A DNA stretch of 64,000 nucleotides from Escherichia virus KFS-EC. Below the pieces are notes generated by a model. The model was not told where the DNA came from and did not search any database. It worked only from the letters and a program-made list of their open reading frames with translations. The stretch lies in the sequence record MH560358; one strand, 5' to 3'. Position 1 is the stretch's first letter. Each line of letters starts with the position of its first letter. The position numbers were made by a program, and so were the translations under genes. Shown piece after piece: positions 25,127 through 35,361 of this stretch.

Positions 25127-28100
25127 ATGGCAGATTTTTCTCAACATTTCAAGGCCACCTTTGGCTTTGACGCTGGTAATGAAAAGGTCGTCAATGTAGC
25201 ATACGCAGATAAAAACACATCAACGGATGCGGTCAACGTTGAATTTTTCAATTACCATAATGGTATTACTCAGTATGACACAACTCGCGGTTATGATCAA
25301 TACGGAACTACAATCTATCAAAACCGTCCGTATTATGCAAAAGAAGATATCACAAAGCCAGCAGGTGATTTTGACCCGACTAAATGGCAAGCACTGCGCA
25401 CGGACCCACGTTGGGATTATATTGCAGCAACTTCCGGTGATACTCCTTTAAAGTCTGGTGATTATATCGCAGCAGATGGTCAATTTGCAAACTTGACTTT
25501 CTCGATGCCAACTAAACCAGCAGAGGGAGACACTATAACAGTAAAAGATATCGGTGGCAAGTGTGGTGTTAACGAATTATCGTTCTTGAGTTCAGGACAT
25601 GAGTTTTACCATAACGGTAATGTGTATAACCGAAAATGGTATTGCACTACCCCGTATGCAATGAACTATTTCATCTTTGTTCGGAATCGTTGGCATGTTT
25701 ATCAGACGGGAACAGAGCCGCGCGGTGTGTACGCACAGCCAGCGATTGATGCTATTCAAATGCAGAATGGTGATCAGGTATTTCGTCGTAGTTCGTTGGG
25801 TAATATTACCTTAGTGCTTCCTAAGTTTGCCAACAATGGCGACATGATCCAGACTACAGACCTTGACGGATTAACCGCAACCAACCACGTTACGGTTAAA
25901 GTTCATGAGCACGCAGAAGAACAATCAATTGGCACGTCCGGTCTAAAAGAGATTATTGGTAAGCGTAGCGGTCATGGTGTATTCATCTTTGACAAGACGG
26001 AAAACTTATGGCGTTTGTGGGATGGTGATCAGTCTGTTCGTCTTAAACCGATCATCGATGACACTCGCTTGCAACCTAATAGCTATGTTGCTGTATTTGG
26101 TGGTCGTGATGTTACTCTGACGCTGCCAACCAATGTCGAGCCGGGTGATCGTATTCAAGTTTCTATGCAGTATATGCACGGAAACCAGAATTGCCGTATT
26201 ATCACCCCCACAGAGGATACAAAAATCCTTATGCCGAAAAACATGGTTCAGTTTCCGAAGCGTAGCGAGTACCCATTCAACGGGACCGACACATGGAAGG
26301 AAGTGTCTGAATTGTCGTTCAATGCGGCTAGTGATTATGTACCTTATCTGGAGTTCTCTTATTCAGAAGGTGATGATGGTAAGAAATACTGGTTGGTGGC
26401 ACACGCTCATCCGATCGTAGAACGAGTAGATCCGACTCGTAAAGCGCGTGTCGGTGTAATTGCACTGGCTACCCAGACTGAAACGAATAAAAACCATGAA
26501 GAGAATCCTAGCGACGAAGTTGCAGTAACACCAAAAATGCTGGCTAATAAAACAGCCAACGAAACTCGACGCGGTATTGCTCGCATTGCGACTCAAGCGG
26601 AAACGCATCAAGATACTGGTTCCAACTTCATGGATGATGTTATCGTTACGCCTAAAAAGTTAAATGACTGTGTTGCTACCGAAGCCCGTCGTGGTGTGAT
26701 GGAAATTGCAACCCAGCACGAAACCAATGAAGGTTTAGACGATACCCGCGCTATTACTCCTAAGAAATTAGAAGAACGTCGCGCTTCCGAAGATTTAGCT
26801 GGTATTGCTGAAATTGTTCAGGCTGGCGGTAGTGCTGCCGCTCGACGTGGCGAAGCTGGTACAGGGATCTATAACATCAACGACCATGCTAAAATTGTTA
26901 CTCCACAAAACATCAACGAAGTCAAGGCGACAGAAACTTCCCGTGGTGTTGGCTATCTGGCAACTGACGCGGAAGTGCAAGGGGCTACAGAATCAACCCC
27001 GCAAGATGCTTTACTAATCACGACTCGCACGCTAACGAAACGTACTGCTACCGAATCGCGCACTGGTATCGCTGAAATTGCAACCCAGGAAGAAACAAAC
27101 TTAGGTCAAAGTGATAACCATATCATCACGCCTAAAAAGCTGCATACTCGCCGCGCAACGGAAACTTTACATGGTTTAGCAGAAATTGCAACTCAGCCGG
27201 AATTTGATGCAGGTCTTGATGATGCTCGCATTTCTACCCCATTGAAGATTAAAACCTTCTTTGAGAATGCACAGCGTTTGAAAGTAGATCCGACTCAGGG
27301 GCTTAACCTTACTGGTGATTTGTGGCAAGGTATCATGATCAGCGGTCTGGATGCAACCGAAGACACAAAAGGTGTCGCTAAAGTTGCTACTACTCAGCTT
27401 ACGGATGCTGGTCAAGATGATACTACAATCATCACGCCTAAAAAGCTGCAAGGCAAAAAAGCCACCGAAGGTAAAGAAGGTATTATCCGCGTTGGTACTC
27501 AAGACGAAACCGTCGCTGGTACTATGGACAATGTAGCAATTTCGCCTAAAAACTTCAAATATGTTGTTCAGACAGAAGAAACATGGCAAGCAACGGAAGC
27601 CCGTCGCGGATTCCTGAAAGTAGCAACACAAGAAAACTGTTTTGTTGGTGATAATCTGCAAGGTTCTACTCAAGAGCTTGATGAATATCAGCATGATGGG
27701 ATTGCGGTAACTCCGAAAGGATTAAACTACGCACTTGCTAATTTCTTACCTAAAATGGCAACCGCTCAGAATAGTTTGAAATTGGGTAACGTAGAGGCCG
27801 CTAAATGGGCGCGTAGAGACATTGACCAGACCATTGAGAGCAATTACACGTTTAATAAAAACGTTAACTTGAAGGGCGATTTAGAGTGCTTAAAATCCGG
27901 TTCCTTTGAAACTCTGTTTGTGACTAAGAACTCGACTGACGATCCGAGTAATGGTCATCTGGTATTGGGTGAGCGTGGAGTTGACGGTCACACCGGAATT
28001 ACTCTGCATGGCACAACCTTGTCAGAAGGTATGGAAAACTCATGGTCTATTATCGTTGGTGGTACTGGAACGGCGCAAGCAGTTAATAGTGATGCTATCG

Positions 28101-28867
28101 CTTTCTGTAAGATTGACGATTCTGGATCTGTTGAGCATTATGCCTTTGCTATGGAACGTGACGGCGATGCGTTAGCATATAGAGACTTCATAGCAGGTCG
28201 TAACCTGTATGCGAAACAAGGCGGTTTATATATTGTAGACCACGCCAATCCGGCAATGACTCGCTCTACAGACGGTATGTTGAATATCGGTCACGGTGGA
28301 AGTGTTAACATCAAAGCCGGTTATCAGAATCTGACTACAGAGATCGCAGGACAGAAATACCAGATCGTTCACGCAGGAAACGCAGACGAAGTTCTCGACC
28401 GTCAGTTTGTCAAGAATGCTGGCGATACGATGACCGGAAAGCTGATTATGGATAATGCGCCTATTGTTTCTGTTAAGCATGAGGCTATCGCGGCAACCGC
28501 TCCGGCAATCGGTAACATCGGTTTCTGGAACATGCGAGTAACTACCCAAAACATCAAAGAAACCTATCCAGAGAAGAAAAACGGCACATTGATGCAATGG
28601 GGTACTGATGAAAACGGCCTTACCCAAATCTGGTCGCCTGATGGTACTCATAAGCATTATATCCGTTCCGGTACAGATGGTCAATGGACCGCATGGGGCG
28701 AAATTTACACCAAACAGAACAAGCCTACCGCTCAGGAAATCGGGGCAGTTGTTGCCGAAGGTGGATTGATGAACTCTATGACGGTTCGTGACTGGATCAA
28801 GGTTGGTAATGTTAAAATTATTGCCAATAATCTGACTCGTACCGTAGATTTTATCTGGGAAGACTAA
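25127..28867 (+). CDS. 34: long tail fibre proximal subunit
   Basis: 1246 aa; repeated ATE-RRG-IAEIATQ motifs; first gene of the plus-strand tail-fibre module. Confidence 0.85.
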   Translation: MADFSQHFKATFGFDAGNEKVVNVAYADKNTSTDAVNVEFFNYHNGITQYDTTRGYDQYGTTIYQNRPYYAKEDITKPAGDFDPTKWQALRTDPRWDYIAATSGDTPLKSGDYIAADGQFANLTFSMPTKPAEGDTITVKDIGGKCGVNELSFLSSGHEFYHNGNVYNRKWYCTTPYAMNYFIFVRNRWHVYQTGTEPRGVYAQPAIDAIQMQNGDQVFRRSSLGNITLVLPKFANNGDMIQTTDLDGLTATNHVTVKVHEHAEEQSIGTSGLKEIIGKRSGHGVFIFDKTENLWRLWDGDQSVRLKPIIDDTRLQPNSYVAVFGGRDVTLTLPTNVEPGDRIQVSMQYMHGNQNCRIITPTEDTKILMPKNMVQFPKRSEYPFNGTDTWKEVSELSFNAASDYVPYLEFSYSEGDDGKKYWLVAHAHPIVERVDPTRKARVGVIALATQTETNKNHEENPSDEVAVTPKMLANKTANETRRGIARIATQAETHQDTGSNFMDDVIVTPKKLNDCVATEARRGVMEIATQHETNEGLDDTRAITPKKLEERRASEDLAGIAEIVQAGGSAAARRGEAGTGIYNINDHAKIVTPQNINEVKATETSRGVGYLATDAEVQGATESTPQDALLITTRTLTKRTATESRTGIAEIATQEETNLGQSDNHIITPKKLHTRRATETLHGLAEIATQPEFDAGLDDARISTPLKIKTFFENAQRLKVDPTQGLNLTGDLWQGIMISGLDATEDTKGVAKVATTQLTDAGQDDTTIITPKKLQGKKATEGKEGIIRVGTQDETVAGTMDNVAISPKNFKYVVQTEETWQATEARRGFLKVATQENCFVGDNLQGSTQELDEYQHDGIAVTPKGLNYALANFLPKMATAQNSLKLGNVEAAKWARRDIDQTIESNYTFNKNVNLKGDLECLKSGSFETLFVTKNSTDDPSNGHLVLGERGVDGHTGITLHGTTLSEGMENSWSIIVGGTGTAQAVNSDAIAFCKIDDSGSVEHYAFAMERDGDALAYRDFIAGRNLYAKQGGLYIVDHANPAMTRSTDGMLNIGHGGSVNIKAGYQNLTTEIAGQKYQIVHAGNADEVLDRQFVKNAGDTMTGKLIMDNAPIVSVKHEAIAATAPAIGNIGFWNMRVTTQNIKETYPEKKNGTLMQWGTDENGLTQIWSPDGTHKHYIRSGTDGQWTAWGEIYTKQNKPTAQEIGAVVAEGGLMNSMTVRDWIKVGNVKIIANNLTRTVDFIWED

Positions 28868-28871
28868 TTAA

Positions 28872-28889
28872 AGGGGGCGAAAGCCCCCT
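28872..28889 (+). promoter_or_regulatory. intercistronic stem-loop AGGGGGC-GAAA-GCCCCCT (GNRA loop) between genes 34 and 35
   Basis: 7-bp GC stem with GAAA tetraloop, no T-run, 12 nt before gene 35 ATG. Confidence 0.45.
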
Positions 28890-28900
28890 ATGGGGTTATT

Positions 28901-30040
28901 ATGACACAAGAGATAGAATTACGCAATACTGGAATTAAGTTTGCGCATTTCGACGAAGACTCCGCGACATTTACAAGCATTTCAGAAAACAACTCTGTGA
29001 TGTATAAGCTGGAAGTGCGCGGATCTAATGCGGATTCTTCCAAACCAGCAAGGATTAGATTTAATGGAGTGGAGATCGTCGGGACTGGCTATGAAACTGG
29101 CCTAAATTTTAAAGTTCTTACTCCAACTGGAAAACTACACGAAGAAAAGGTATTCTATGGTCGCGGTGCTGTTTTGGCAATGCGTGATTATCTTTCTTTG
29201 TTGAAAGGTGACTATATCATTGCGATGGCAACGCATGGAGAATTGTTTGCAGATCCGATAAGTGATGTTGTATTTTCTAAGATGGGATCTGTATCATTCC
29301 CGAATCACATTTTGTTACAGCAAATTCCTCGTGTATCCTATGCAGCAATTTATTCTACTAAAATGGGTAAAATTGTGTGCGAAGGGATGCAAGCAACGCA
29401 CGGAGAAGGTCAAGATTCGTCTATACAAATTGAGAAGGTTTATGATACTATAGATGATCTTGCGGTCACAGGAACACCACAACGATTTTTAGATTATCCG
29501 GTTGAGTATGTTAGCGAAGATGCCGAACATTTCGAGCTAATACAATGGCCTCATGATGAGATCAGCGCACCACTTGAATATTTTAACATAAAGGCAGGTG
29601 ACAAACTATCAATATCCTTTGAATTGTTCCGTGATAGTGCCGCAGCCGCAGCCAACGTAACAGCGCGTTTCTATCACAACTACTTCACTGATGGACAATA
29701 TCAAACTGGCGTTCGTTATAATGCCAGCCAGAAAGATCAATGGGAAAAGTTTGAAGCCGTCTATACCGTACCGGAAGGAGTTGATAGTGTTGCCACTGGT
29801 TGTATCAGATATCCAACCAACTCAAATGAAGGTATTGTTAAAATTAGAAACATACTAATAACGCCGATCAGTGGAGTCGTCAAAACTACTGGTCCTACTT
29901 CATTTGGTGTTAATGGTGTTAGAACAACTCATATTCAGGATAACGGTGATTTTACTAACCCTGTAATGAGTCTTCTTAAACTGCCTAGAGATAATAAACA
30001 CATCACATCCAACAACTTTAAAGAGTTCGATGTTGATTAA
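28901..30040 (+). CDS. 35: tail fibre hinge protein (gp35-like)
   Basis: 379 aa; position between 34 and 36. Confidence 0.6.
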   Translation: MTQEIELRNTGIKFAHFDEDSATFTSISENNSVMYKLEVRGSNADSSKPARIRFNGVEIVGTGYETGLNFKVLTPTGKLHEEKVFYGRGAVLAMRDYLSLLKGDYIIAMATHGELFADPISDVVFSKMGSVSFPNHILLQQIPRVSYAAIYSTKMGKIVCEGMQATHGEGQDSSIQIEKVYDTIDDLAVTGTPQRFLDYPVEYVSEDAEHFELIQWPHDEISAPLEYFNIKAGDKLSISFELFRDSAAAAANVTARFYHNYFTDGQYQTGVRYNASQKDQWEKFEAVYTVPEGVDSVATGCIRYPTNSNEGIVKIRNILITPISGVVKTTGPTSFGVNGVRTTHIQDNGDFTNPVMSLLKLPRDNKHITSNNFKEFDVD

Positions 30041-30051
30041 CATTTTTAACA

Positions 30052-30083
30052 AGCCGATCCTCGTGGTCGGCTTTATTTTTATA
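30052..30083 (+). terminator. rho-independent terminator (AGCCGA...TCGGCT hairpin plus T-run)
   Basis: Downstream of gene 35 stop on plus strand. Confidence 0.5.
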
Positions 30084-30201
30084 CAGTTGGTTAAAACATA
30101 ACCAAAACGAAGAAAGATCTTTAGAATAATAGAAAATTTGTTTCGGTTAAAAAATAGTCAGTGCCTACGGCACGTCGCGAAGCGATATTTTGTTAACATT
30201 C

Positions 30202-30209
30202 TATAAATA
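30202..30209 (+). promoter_or_regulatory. T4-type late promoter box TATAAATA
   Basis: Exact TATAAATA about 34 nt upstream of gene 36 ATG. Confidence 0.5.
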
Positions 30210-30242
30210 CTCGGAACTATAACTAATTTTTGAGGTTACTTT

Positions 30243-31733
30243 ATGGCAGATTTGAAACATGGATCTACTGTAGGCGGATCTCCCATTTGGACGCAAGGAA
30301 ACTTGACGATCCAGCCAGCGGGGGATCAGCTTTTCTACAAAGGTCATAAAATCTATACCGCTTTTGATAAACCTTCGGCTGCCGATTTTGATGCTGTTAG
30401 TGCTAAAGACGGTGGCACATTTCAAAAGCAGGTCCATTTTGAGGAAGGTTTAAGCGTCGGTAGTGCATCGGCTGGAGAAACCAAAAAGAACGGGATCTTT
30501 AAAGGAAATAGTGATGCGGCTAACTTTGATGGTGTAAGTTGGGGTTTCCATTCGTGGAAATCTATTGGTTTTGTTAATGCTCGTGATGATGTTATCATGG
30601 CTTATATTGACACTACCACAGGTGATTTTAAAACTAAAGGGACTATCGAAGGGACAACCATTAAAGACACAGGTCAACGCGTCTATAGCCCTGTTAATAA
30701 ACCAACGAATAATGATTTAGATTTGGTGTCTCGTCGCGGTGATACCCTCACAGGAACATATAATTTAAACACTGTCACTGTTAAACTATCGGTTGATTCG
30801 AAATTAATTGCAAGGGAACGTGATTTAATTAATTTTGATGCGACTAAGATCTATTATGGTAACGTTCTTGATACGTTGGTCTTCCGAAGTAAAGATGAGC
30901 CTACCATTTTTGTTAATGGCAGAGAAGGTCGTTTTTATCACACCAACAATAAACCAACTAAAGCCGATGTTGGGCTAGGCAATGTCACCAATGATGCACA
31001 GGTTAAACGTGCTGGTGATATTATGGAAGGTAACTTGCAAGCGCCTAGAATGTTGGCGACAAACGATCCGGCTGGTCCTAATGAATTGGTTCGTTTGAGC
31101 TACTTTGAGAGAAAATCAATGGTAGCAAATCCAACCATCATAGGAAACGTTGATTGGAACACTCTTATTAATCGCGGTATCTATCGTGTGGAAAATGCTG
31201 GGTCAGGTACTAATAAACCGTCTGATAGCTATTATAACGGCGTTTTGATGGTATATCGCCCAGAAGATGCGGTCGGTACTCGTCGAATTGTTCAGGTGTA
31301 TTATCCTGAATCTATTGACCATCCGATGTGCTGGCGTTCGTGTTCTAATGAATCATGGACTGCATGGAACTATGTAGATCACCGTAAATTGGCTGATATT
31401 CGCTATGTTAACGTAACTGGAGATACCATGACAGGACCGTTAACTGTTCCGGCTGCAAACGGTGTTAGCACAGCTAGAGGTGCATATAATGGTGATAACT
31501 ACTATGCTGGGTTAAATAGTGCCGATGGCACGGCTATGATTCACCGTATCAGCGATATTAAAGCCACTGAAAAATTGGGTATTACACATGATTCGAAAGC
31601 TGTTTTCGTTAAATCGCGTGGAAATACTCAAGCCACCGACCGCTATGAACTTTACCACGAAGGGCATAAACCTACCCCTGCCGAAGTTGGCGCGGTTCCG
31701 CTCAATGCGGTAATTGATTTTGGTACTTTCTAA
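30243..31733 (+). CDS. 36: tail fibre protein, gp36-like N-terminus with extended C-terminal region
   Basis: MADLKHGSTVGGSPIW N-terminus; 496 aa. Confidence 0.7.
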   Translation: MADLKHGSTVGGSPIWTQGNLTIQPAGDQLFYKGHKIYTAFDKPSAADFDAVSAKDGGTFQKQVHFEEGLSVGSASAGETKKNGIFKGNSDAANFDGVSWGFHSWKSIGFVNARDDVIMAYIDTTTGDFKTKGTIEGTTIKDTGQRVYSPVNKPTNNDLDLVSRRGDTLTGTYNLNTVTVKLSVDSKLIARERDLINFDATKIYYGNVLDTLVFRSKDEPTIFVNGREGRFYHTNNKPTKADVGLGNVTNDAQVKRAGDIMEGNLQAPRMLATNDPAGPNELVRLSYFERKSMVANPTIIGNVDWNTLINRGIYRVENAGSGTNKPSDSYYNGVLMVYRPEDAVGTRRIVQVYYPESIDHPMCWRSCSNESWTAWNYVDHRKLADIRYVNVTGDTMTGPLTVPAANGVSTARGAYNGDNYYAGLNSADGTAMIHRISDIKATEKLGITHDSKAVFVKSRGNTQATDRYELYHEGHKPTPAEVGAVPLNAVIDFGTF

Positions 31734-31738
31734 TATTA

Positions 31739-31765
31739 GCGGGGATTATCTCCCCGCTTTTCTAA
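31739..31765 (+). terminator. rho-independent terminator (AGCGGGGATTATCTCCCCGCT plus TTTTCT)
   Basis: Downstream of gene 36 stop on plus strand. Confidence 0.5.
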
Positions 31766-31803
31766 ATAATATTATTCTAATAACCGTTTAAGGATTTTAT
31801 AAA

Positions 31804-34566
31804 ATGGCAGATTTAAACAGAATCCAGTTTAAACGCACTAGCGCAGCCGGACGTAAACCGGATGCTGGTACGATGAATCCGGGAGAGTTGGCAATTAACT
31901 TAGCAGACCAATATCTGCTTACAAAAAATGATGGTGGGCAAATTGTTAATTTAAGCTGCCCTCCAGTTTATGACAAGAGCGTTAATGTAAAAGGTCGTGT
32001 GGTTGCAGATGACCTTATGTGGAGTAATACCGCAAACTATTTCGATGACCCGACCGCACGAAATCTTGATAAATTTGGGGCATTTCGTACTAATGATATG
32101 GATGGTCATCTAGCACTTGCTTTGCATATTCCCCATCCTAGCGGTATAAATCATGCTCGTGGGTTTGATTTTACTTATGGTTCTAACGTTGTTCCTACTG
32201 TAAAAACCTATGGTTATAACGCTGATGGTGTATTGGCATATTCATATCGCATGTATCACGAAGGTGATAAGCCTAGTCCGTCAGAATTAAATGTATACAG
32301 CAAACAAGAAGTAGACCGGATGTTCCAGAAGACCATCAACTTTGGTGTAGAAACTGGATGGTTTAAAATTGCTACCGCCTTTATTCCGCAAAATGATGGA
32401 CGTAGCTTGAAAATTAGATTGATTGGTGGAAGTGGGTGGAACGTAGGACAAACTGGACAATGTAATATTATTGAACTTGTTATAAGGACTAGCAACGGTT
32501 CGCCTAAAGGAATTAACTTTGTTGCGTATCATCATGTTTCTGGTTACGAAAATCAATTTTGTGCCATTAATACAGGTGATGACACTTATGATATCTATGC
32601 ATATTACTTCGAATTTACTAATATGGTAATGGCTGAATATCAAGCGTCCAGCGGTGTTAATTTAACTGTACTTGATCGACCTGAATATGTCGGCGAAAAA
32701 CCTGTAGCTGATCATATCTATGATGCATATACAATATACTCCTTTAACAGTTTCAGTAACCGTGGAACGTTAAATTTTGCTGGAAACCCTCAAGGCCAAT
32801 ATGACATTGAGCATTTGAACGTGCAACAAACTAACAGCAAAAAGATGTTGCGTCGCTTCCGTAGTTCTGGTCCTGCCACTATCTGGCATGAGACAGTTGA
32901 TGATAACCAGTATCGTCTTGCTACTGGATACGAAGATACAAATCAGGAATTATTGCTGACAGCAACATCCGGGTTACATGTCAAGAAATTAACATTGGAT
33001 GGCGGTGTCACTGGAAATTCTGGTATTGATATTCGTCGAGGACCAAACGAATCAAGCCATTTTAATTTCATGGATTATCGCACTGGACAAGATGTTCGTA
33101 ATGGTTGGTTTGGTTTTGGTGATGGAACAACCAAAGATTTTATTTGGTGGAACGATAACGGTCAAAACTCTATAAACCTGATTGAAGACGGTGAATTACA
33201 TATTACTGGCGGTAGAGGCCAGAAAATTGTAATGAATAGCGAAGTTGCATTATCTGAAAATGCTCGTTTGGCTGTTAAAGGTGGCAATTATGGCTTAATT
33301 TTTAGAAATGATGGCGTTGGCTTCCATATTCTTACCACAGATCTCGGTGATTCATTTGGACCGTGGAATACTCGTAGACCATTCAGCTATGATTTTGCGG
33401 ACGGTGGATTGTATTTAGGTGGTACTGCAACCGCTCGTTGTTTGCATCTGGGAATTGATGGTAGCACTCGTCTCGAAGACAACCTTTTCTTTAAAGCTGG
33501 TTCTCGTCAATCTATGGACTATATGGAACTAGTCCATTGGGGGGCAAGCAATACAGGTCGAAATAACGTTTTAAGTCTTCGTGACTCAAAAGGATTTTTC
33601 GCAGAATTTGAACGATTGGGTGATGATACCATTAAAAACACCTTCTTCGGGAAACTTAAAGTTAATCGTGGTTCTGACGCAATCGTCATGAATGCCGAAA
33701 CGGGTGATTCGTCTATATATTTGCTGGGTACTTGTGCTGATAATAACAACTGGTATATCGGTAAAGGTGGTGCTGATAATGGATTAGCGTTCTATAGCTA
33801 TGCTACTAATGCTGCTATCAATATTACAAACGCTGGTGATATCGCGCTAAGTCCAAAAGGTGTCGAAATGACTCATGTCAATAACGTTCGATTCTATGTT
33901 CATGGTGAACGTTGGACTGCTAGCCAATCTGGAGGCTGGGGCGATCAATGGGGATTAGAAGCGCCGATATTTGTCGATCATGGTTATGTTGGACCAGATA
34001 GCTATTATCCAATTATTAAAGGAAGAAGTTTAATCACCAATCAAGGGTATACAACTGCCGTCGATTTTGGTCTTCGTCGTGTTCCTCAAAATTGGGGGCA
34101 AGCTATTATTCGTGTTGGATCTGCGGATGCATCGCCAGCGGCTGGTCATCCTCAAGCTGTATTCGAGTTCCATCATGATGGTACTTTCTATTCTCCTGGT
34201 AATGGTAACTTTAACGATGTTTATATTCGTTCCGATGGTCGTCTGAAAATTAATGTTGAAGATTACGAAGAAAATGCGGTGGATAAGGTAAATAAACTCA
34301 AAGTTAAAACCTACGATAAAGTTAAATCTCTTAATGACCGAGAAGTTATAGGTCATGAGATTGGTATTATCGCACAGGATTTACAAGAGGTATTACCGGA
34401 AGCTGTTAAAACCGCAAAAATTGGTGGTCTTGATAACCCAGAAGAAATTTTAACAATTTCAAACTCCGCAGTGAACGCGCTTTTAATTAAAGCGGTCCAA
34501 GAAATGAGCGAAGAAAATAAACTTCTTCGTGAACGTCTTGCTGCAATTGAAGCTAAATTAGGGTAA
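31804..34566 (+). CDS. 37: long tail fibre distal subunit with C-terminal chaperone-like domain
   Basis: MADLNRIQFKRTSAAGRKPDAG...GELAINL N-terminus; 920 aa; C-terminal SDGRLKINVE...GIIAQDLQEVLPEAV...coiled-coil tail. Confidence 0.85.
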   Translation: MADLNRIQFKRTSAAGRKPDAGTMNPGELAINLADQYLLTKNDGGQIVNLSCPPVYDKSVNVKGRVVADDLMWSNTANYFDDPTARNLDKFGAFRTNDMDGHLALALHIPHPSGINHARGFDFTYGSNVVPTVKTYGYNADGVLAYSYRMYHEGDKPSPSELNVYSKQEVDRMFQKTINFGVETGWFKIATAFIPQNDGRSLKIRLIGGSGWNVGQTGQCNIIELVIRTSNGSPKGINFVAYHHVSGYENQFCAINTGDDTYDIYAYYFEFTNMVMAEYQASSGVNLTVLDRPEYVGEKPVADHIYDAYTIYSFNSFSNRGTLNFAGNPQGQYDIEHLNVQQTNSKKMLRRFRSSGPATIWHETVDDNQYRLATGYEDTNQELLLTATSGLHVKKLTLDGGVTGNSGIDIRRGPNESSHFNFMDYRTGQDVRNGWFGFGDGTTKDFIWWNDNGQNSINLIEDGELHITGGRGQKIVMNSEVALSENARLAVKGGNYGLIFRNDGVGFHILTTDLGDSFGPWNTRRPFSYDFADGGLYLGGTATARCLHLGIDGSTRLEDNLFFKAGSRQSMDYMELVHWGASNTGRNNVLSLRDSKGFFAEFERLGDDTIKNTFFGKLKVNRGSDAIVMNAETGDSSIYLLGTCADNNNWYIGKGGADNGLAFYSYATNAAINITNAGDIALSPKGVEMTHVNNVRFYVHGERWTASQSGGWGDQWGLEAPIFVDHGYVGPDSYYPIIKGRSLITNQGYTTAVDFGLRRVPQNWGQAIIRVGSADASPAAGHPQAVFEFHHDGTFYSPGNGNFNDVYIRSDGRLKINVEDYEENAVDKVNKLKVKTYDKVKSLNDREVIGHEIGIIAQDLQEVLPEAVKTAKIGGLDNPEEILTISNSAVNALLIKAVQEMSEENKLLRERLAAIEAKLG

Positions 34567-34604
34567 TTGGAAAGCGGGGAGAAATCTCCGCTAAGGATTC
34601 TTAT

Positions 34605-34928
34605 ATGGGATATTGGGTAAGTAGTGAAATTAATACTAAAATCGATGCTTTAAAATGGCATGTATTTGATATTCCTAACGGCTATGGTACTGCTCGTGCT
34701 GGTGTCGCTGTAATGCGTCATAATGCTGGTGGTGGGTGGTCTGATGCACATATTAACGTAGATGGTTTGACCGTTGCTCGTCGTCGTGGTGGGACCAATT
34801 GGGGATCTACTATAAATTCGTTTGTTCCTGCTGGCTGCACCGTCTCCTTTGGTTTAGGGGGTGAAGGTGGTGACTCAGAATTGCTTTTGCATGGCTTTTG
34901 TGTGTCTGGAAGTCATAAGGGGTCATGA
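34605..34928 (+). CDS. hypothetical glycine-rich protein downstream of gene 37
   Basis: 107 aa; GGGW, GGEGGD glycine-rich stretches; SD AAGGA upstream. Confidence 0.4.
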   Translation: MGYWVSSEINTKIDALKWHVFDIPNGYGTARAGVAVMRHNAGGGWSDAHINVDGLTVARRRGGTNWGSTINSFVPAGCTVSFGLGGEGGDSELLLHGFCVSGSHKGS

Positions 34929-35087
34929 TTGGGGACAGATCCATTCTTGTATTGTGCCGCAGGGAGTAACGATCACGGTAACTACAAACAGGGGTATTTC
35001 CCATCTTCGTTATAGACGCTTGAGCAACCGTTAAAAAAAGAATTAAGGAAAACTCCCAGGGAAGGGAACTACTAAGGAGAAACGGCT

Positions 35088-35306
35088 ATGGTCTATAATA
35101 TCGTCATTGGTGCTTTGTCTAATTTCGGAATGAAACTATTGTCAAAGTTAATTAGTGAAAAGATGCTCACTAAAATTTTCTTCTATTGCGCTCGTCGTCT
35201 TGCGGCTTATACCAATACGCCAATTGATGATCGTTTTGTGGAAGAACTTTATAAGGAGTTTAATAAAGATCAGTCAGAAGATAGCAACGAGCAAAATAAA
35301 AAATAG
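35088..35306 (+). CDS. hypothetical small protein (72 aa)
   Basis: ORF track; SD AAGGAGAAA upstream. Confidence 0.35.
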   Translation: MVYNIVIGALSNFGMKLLSKLISEKMLTKIFFYCARRLAAYTNTPIDDRFVEELYKEFNKDQSEDSNEQNKK

Positions 35307-35361
35307 TGATAGTCAAGTACCTAAATAAGAGTACACTGTCATAGTTATCTTAGGGCATTAT

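Noticed and set aside
27176-27694. Minus-strand 172-aa ORF inside gene 34
   Set aside because: Lies antisense within the tail-fibre gene, Cys/Phe-rich low-complexity translation typical of an antisense artefact.
34929-35087. Non-coding RNA gene in the 160-bp gap after the glycine-rich ORF
   Set aside because: No convincing structure, promoter or terminator seen by eye; cannot be supported without covariance or expression data.
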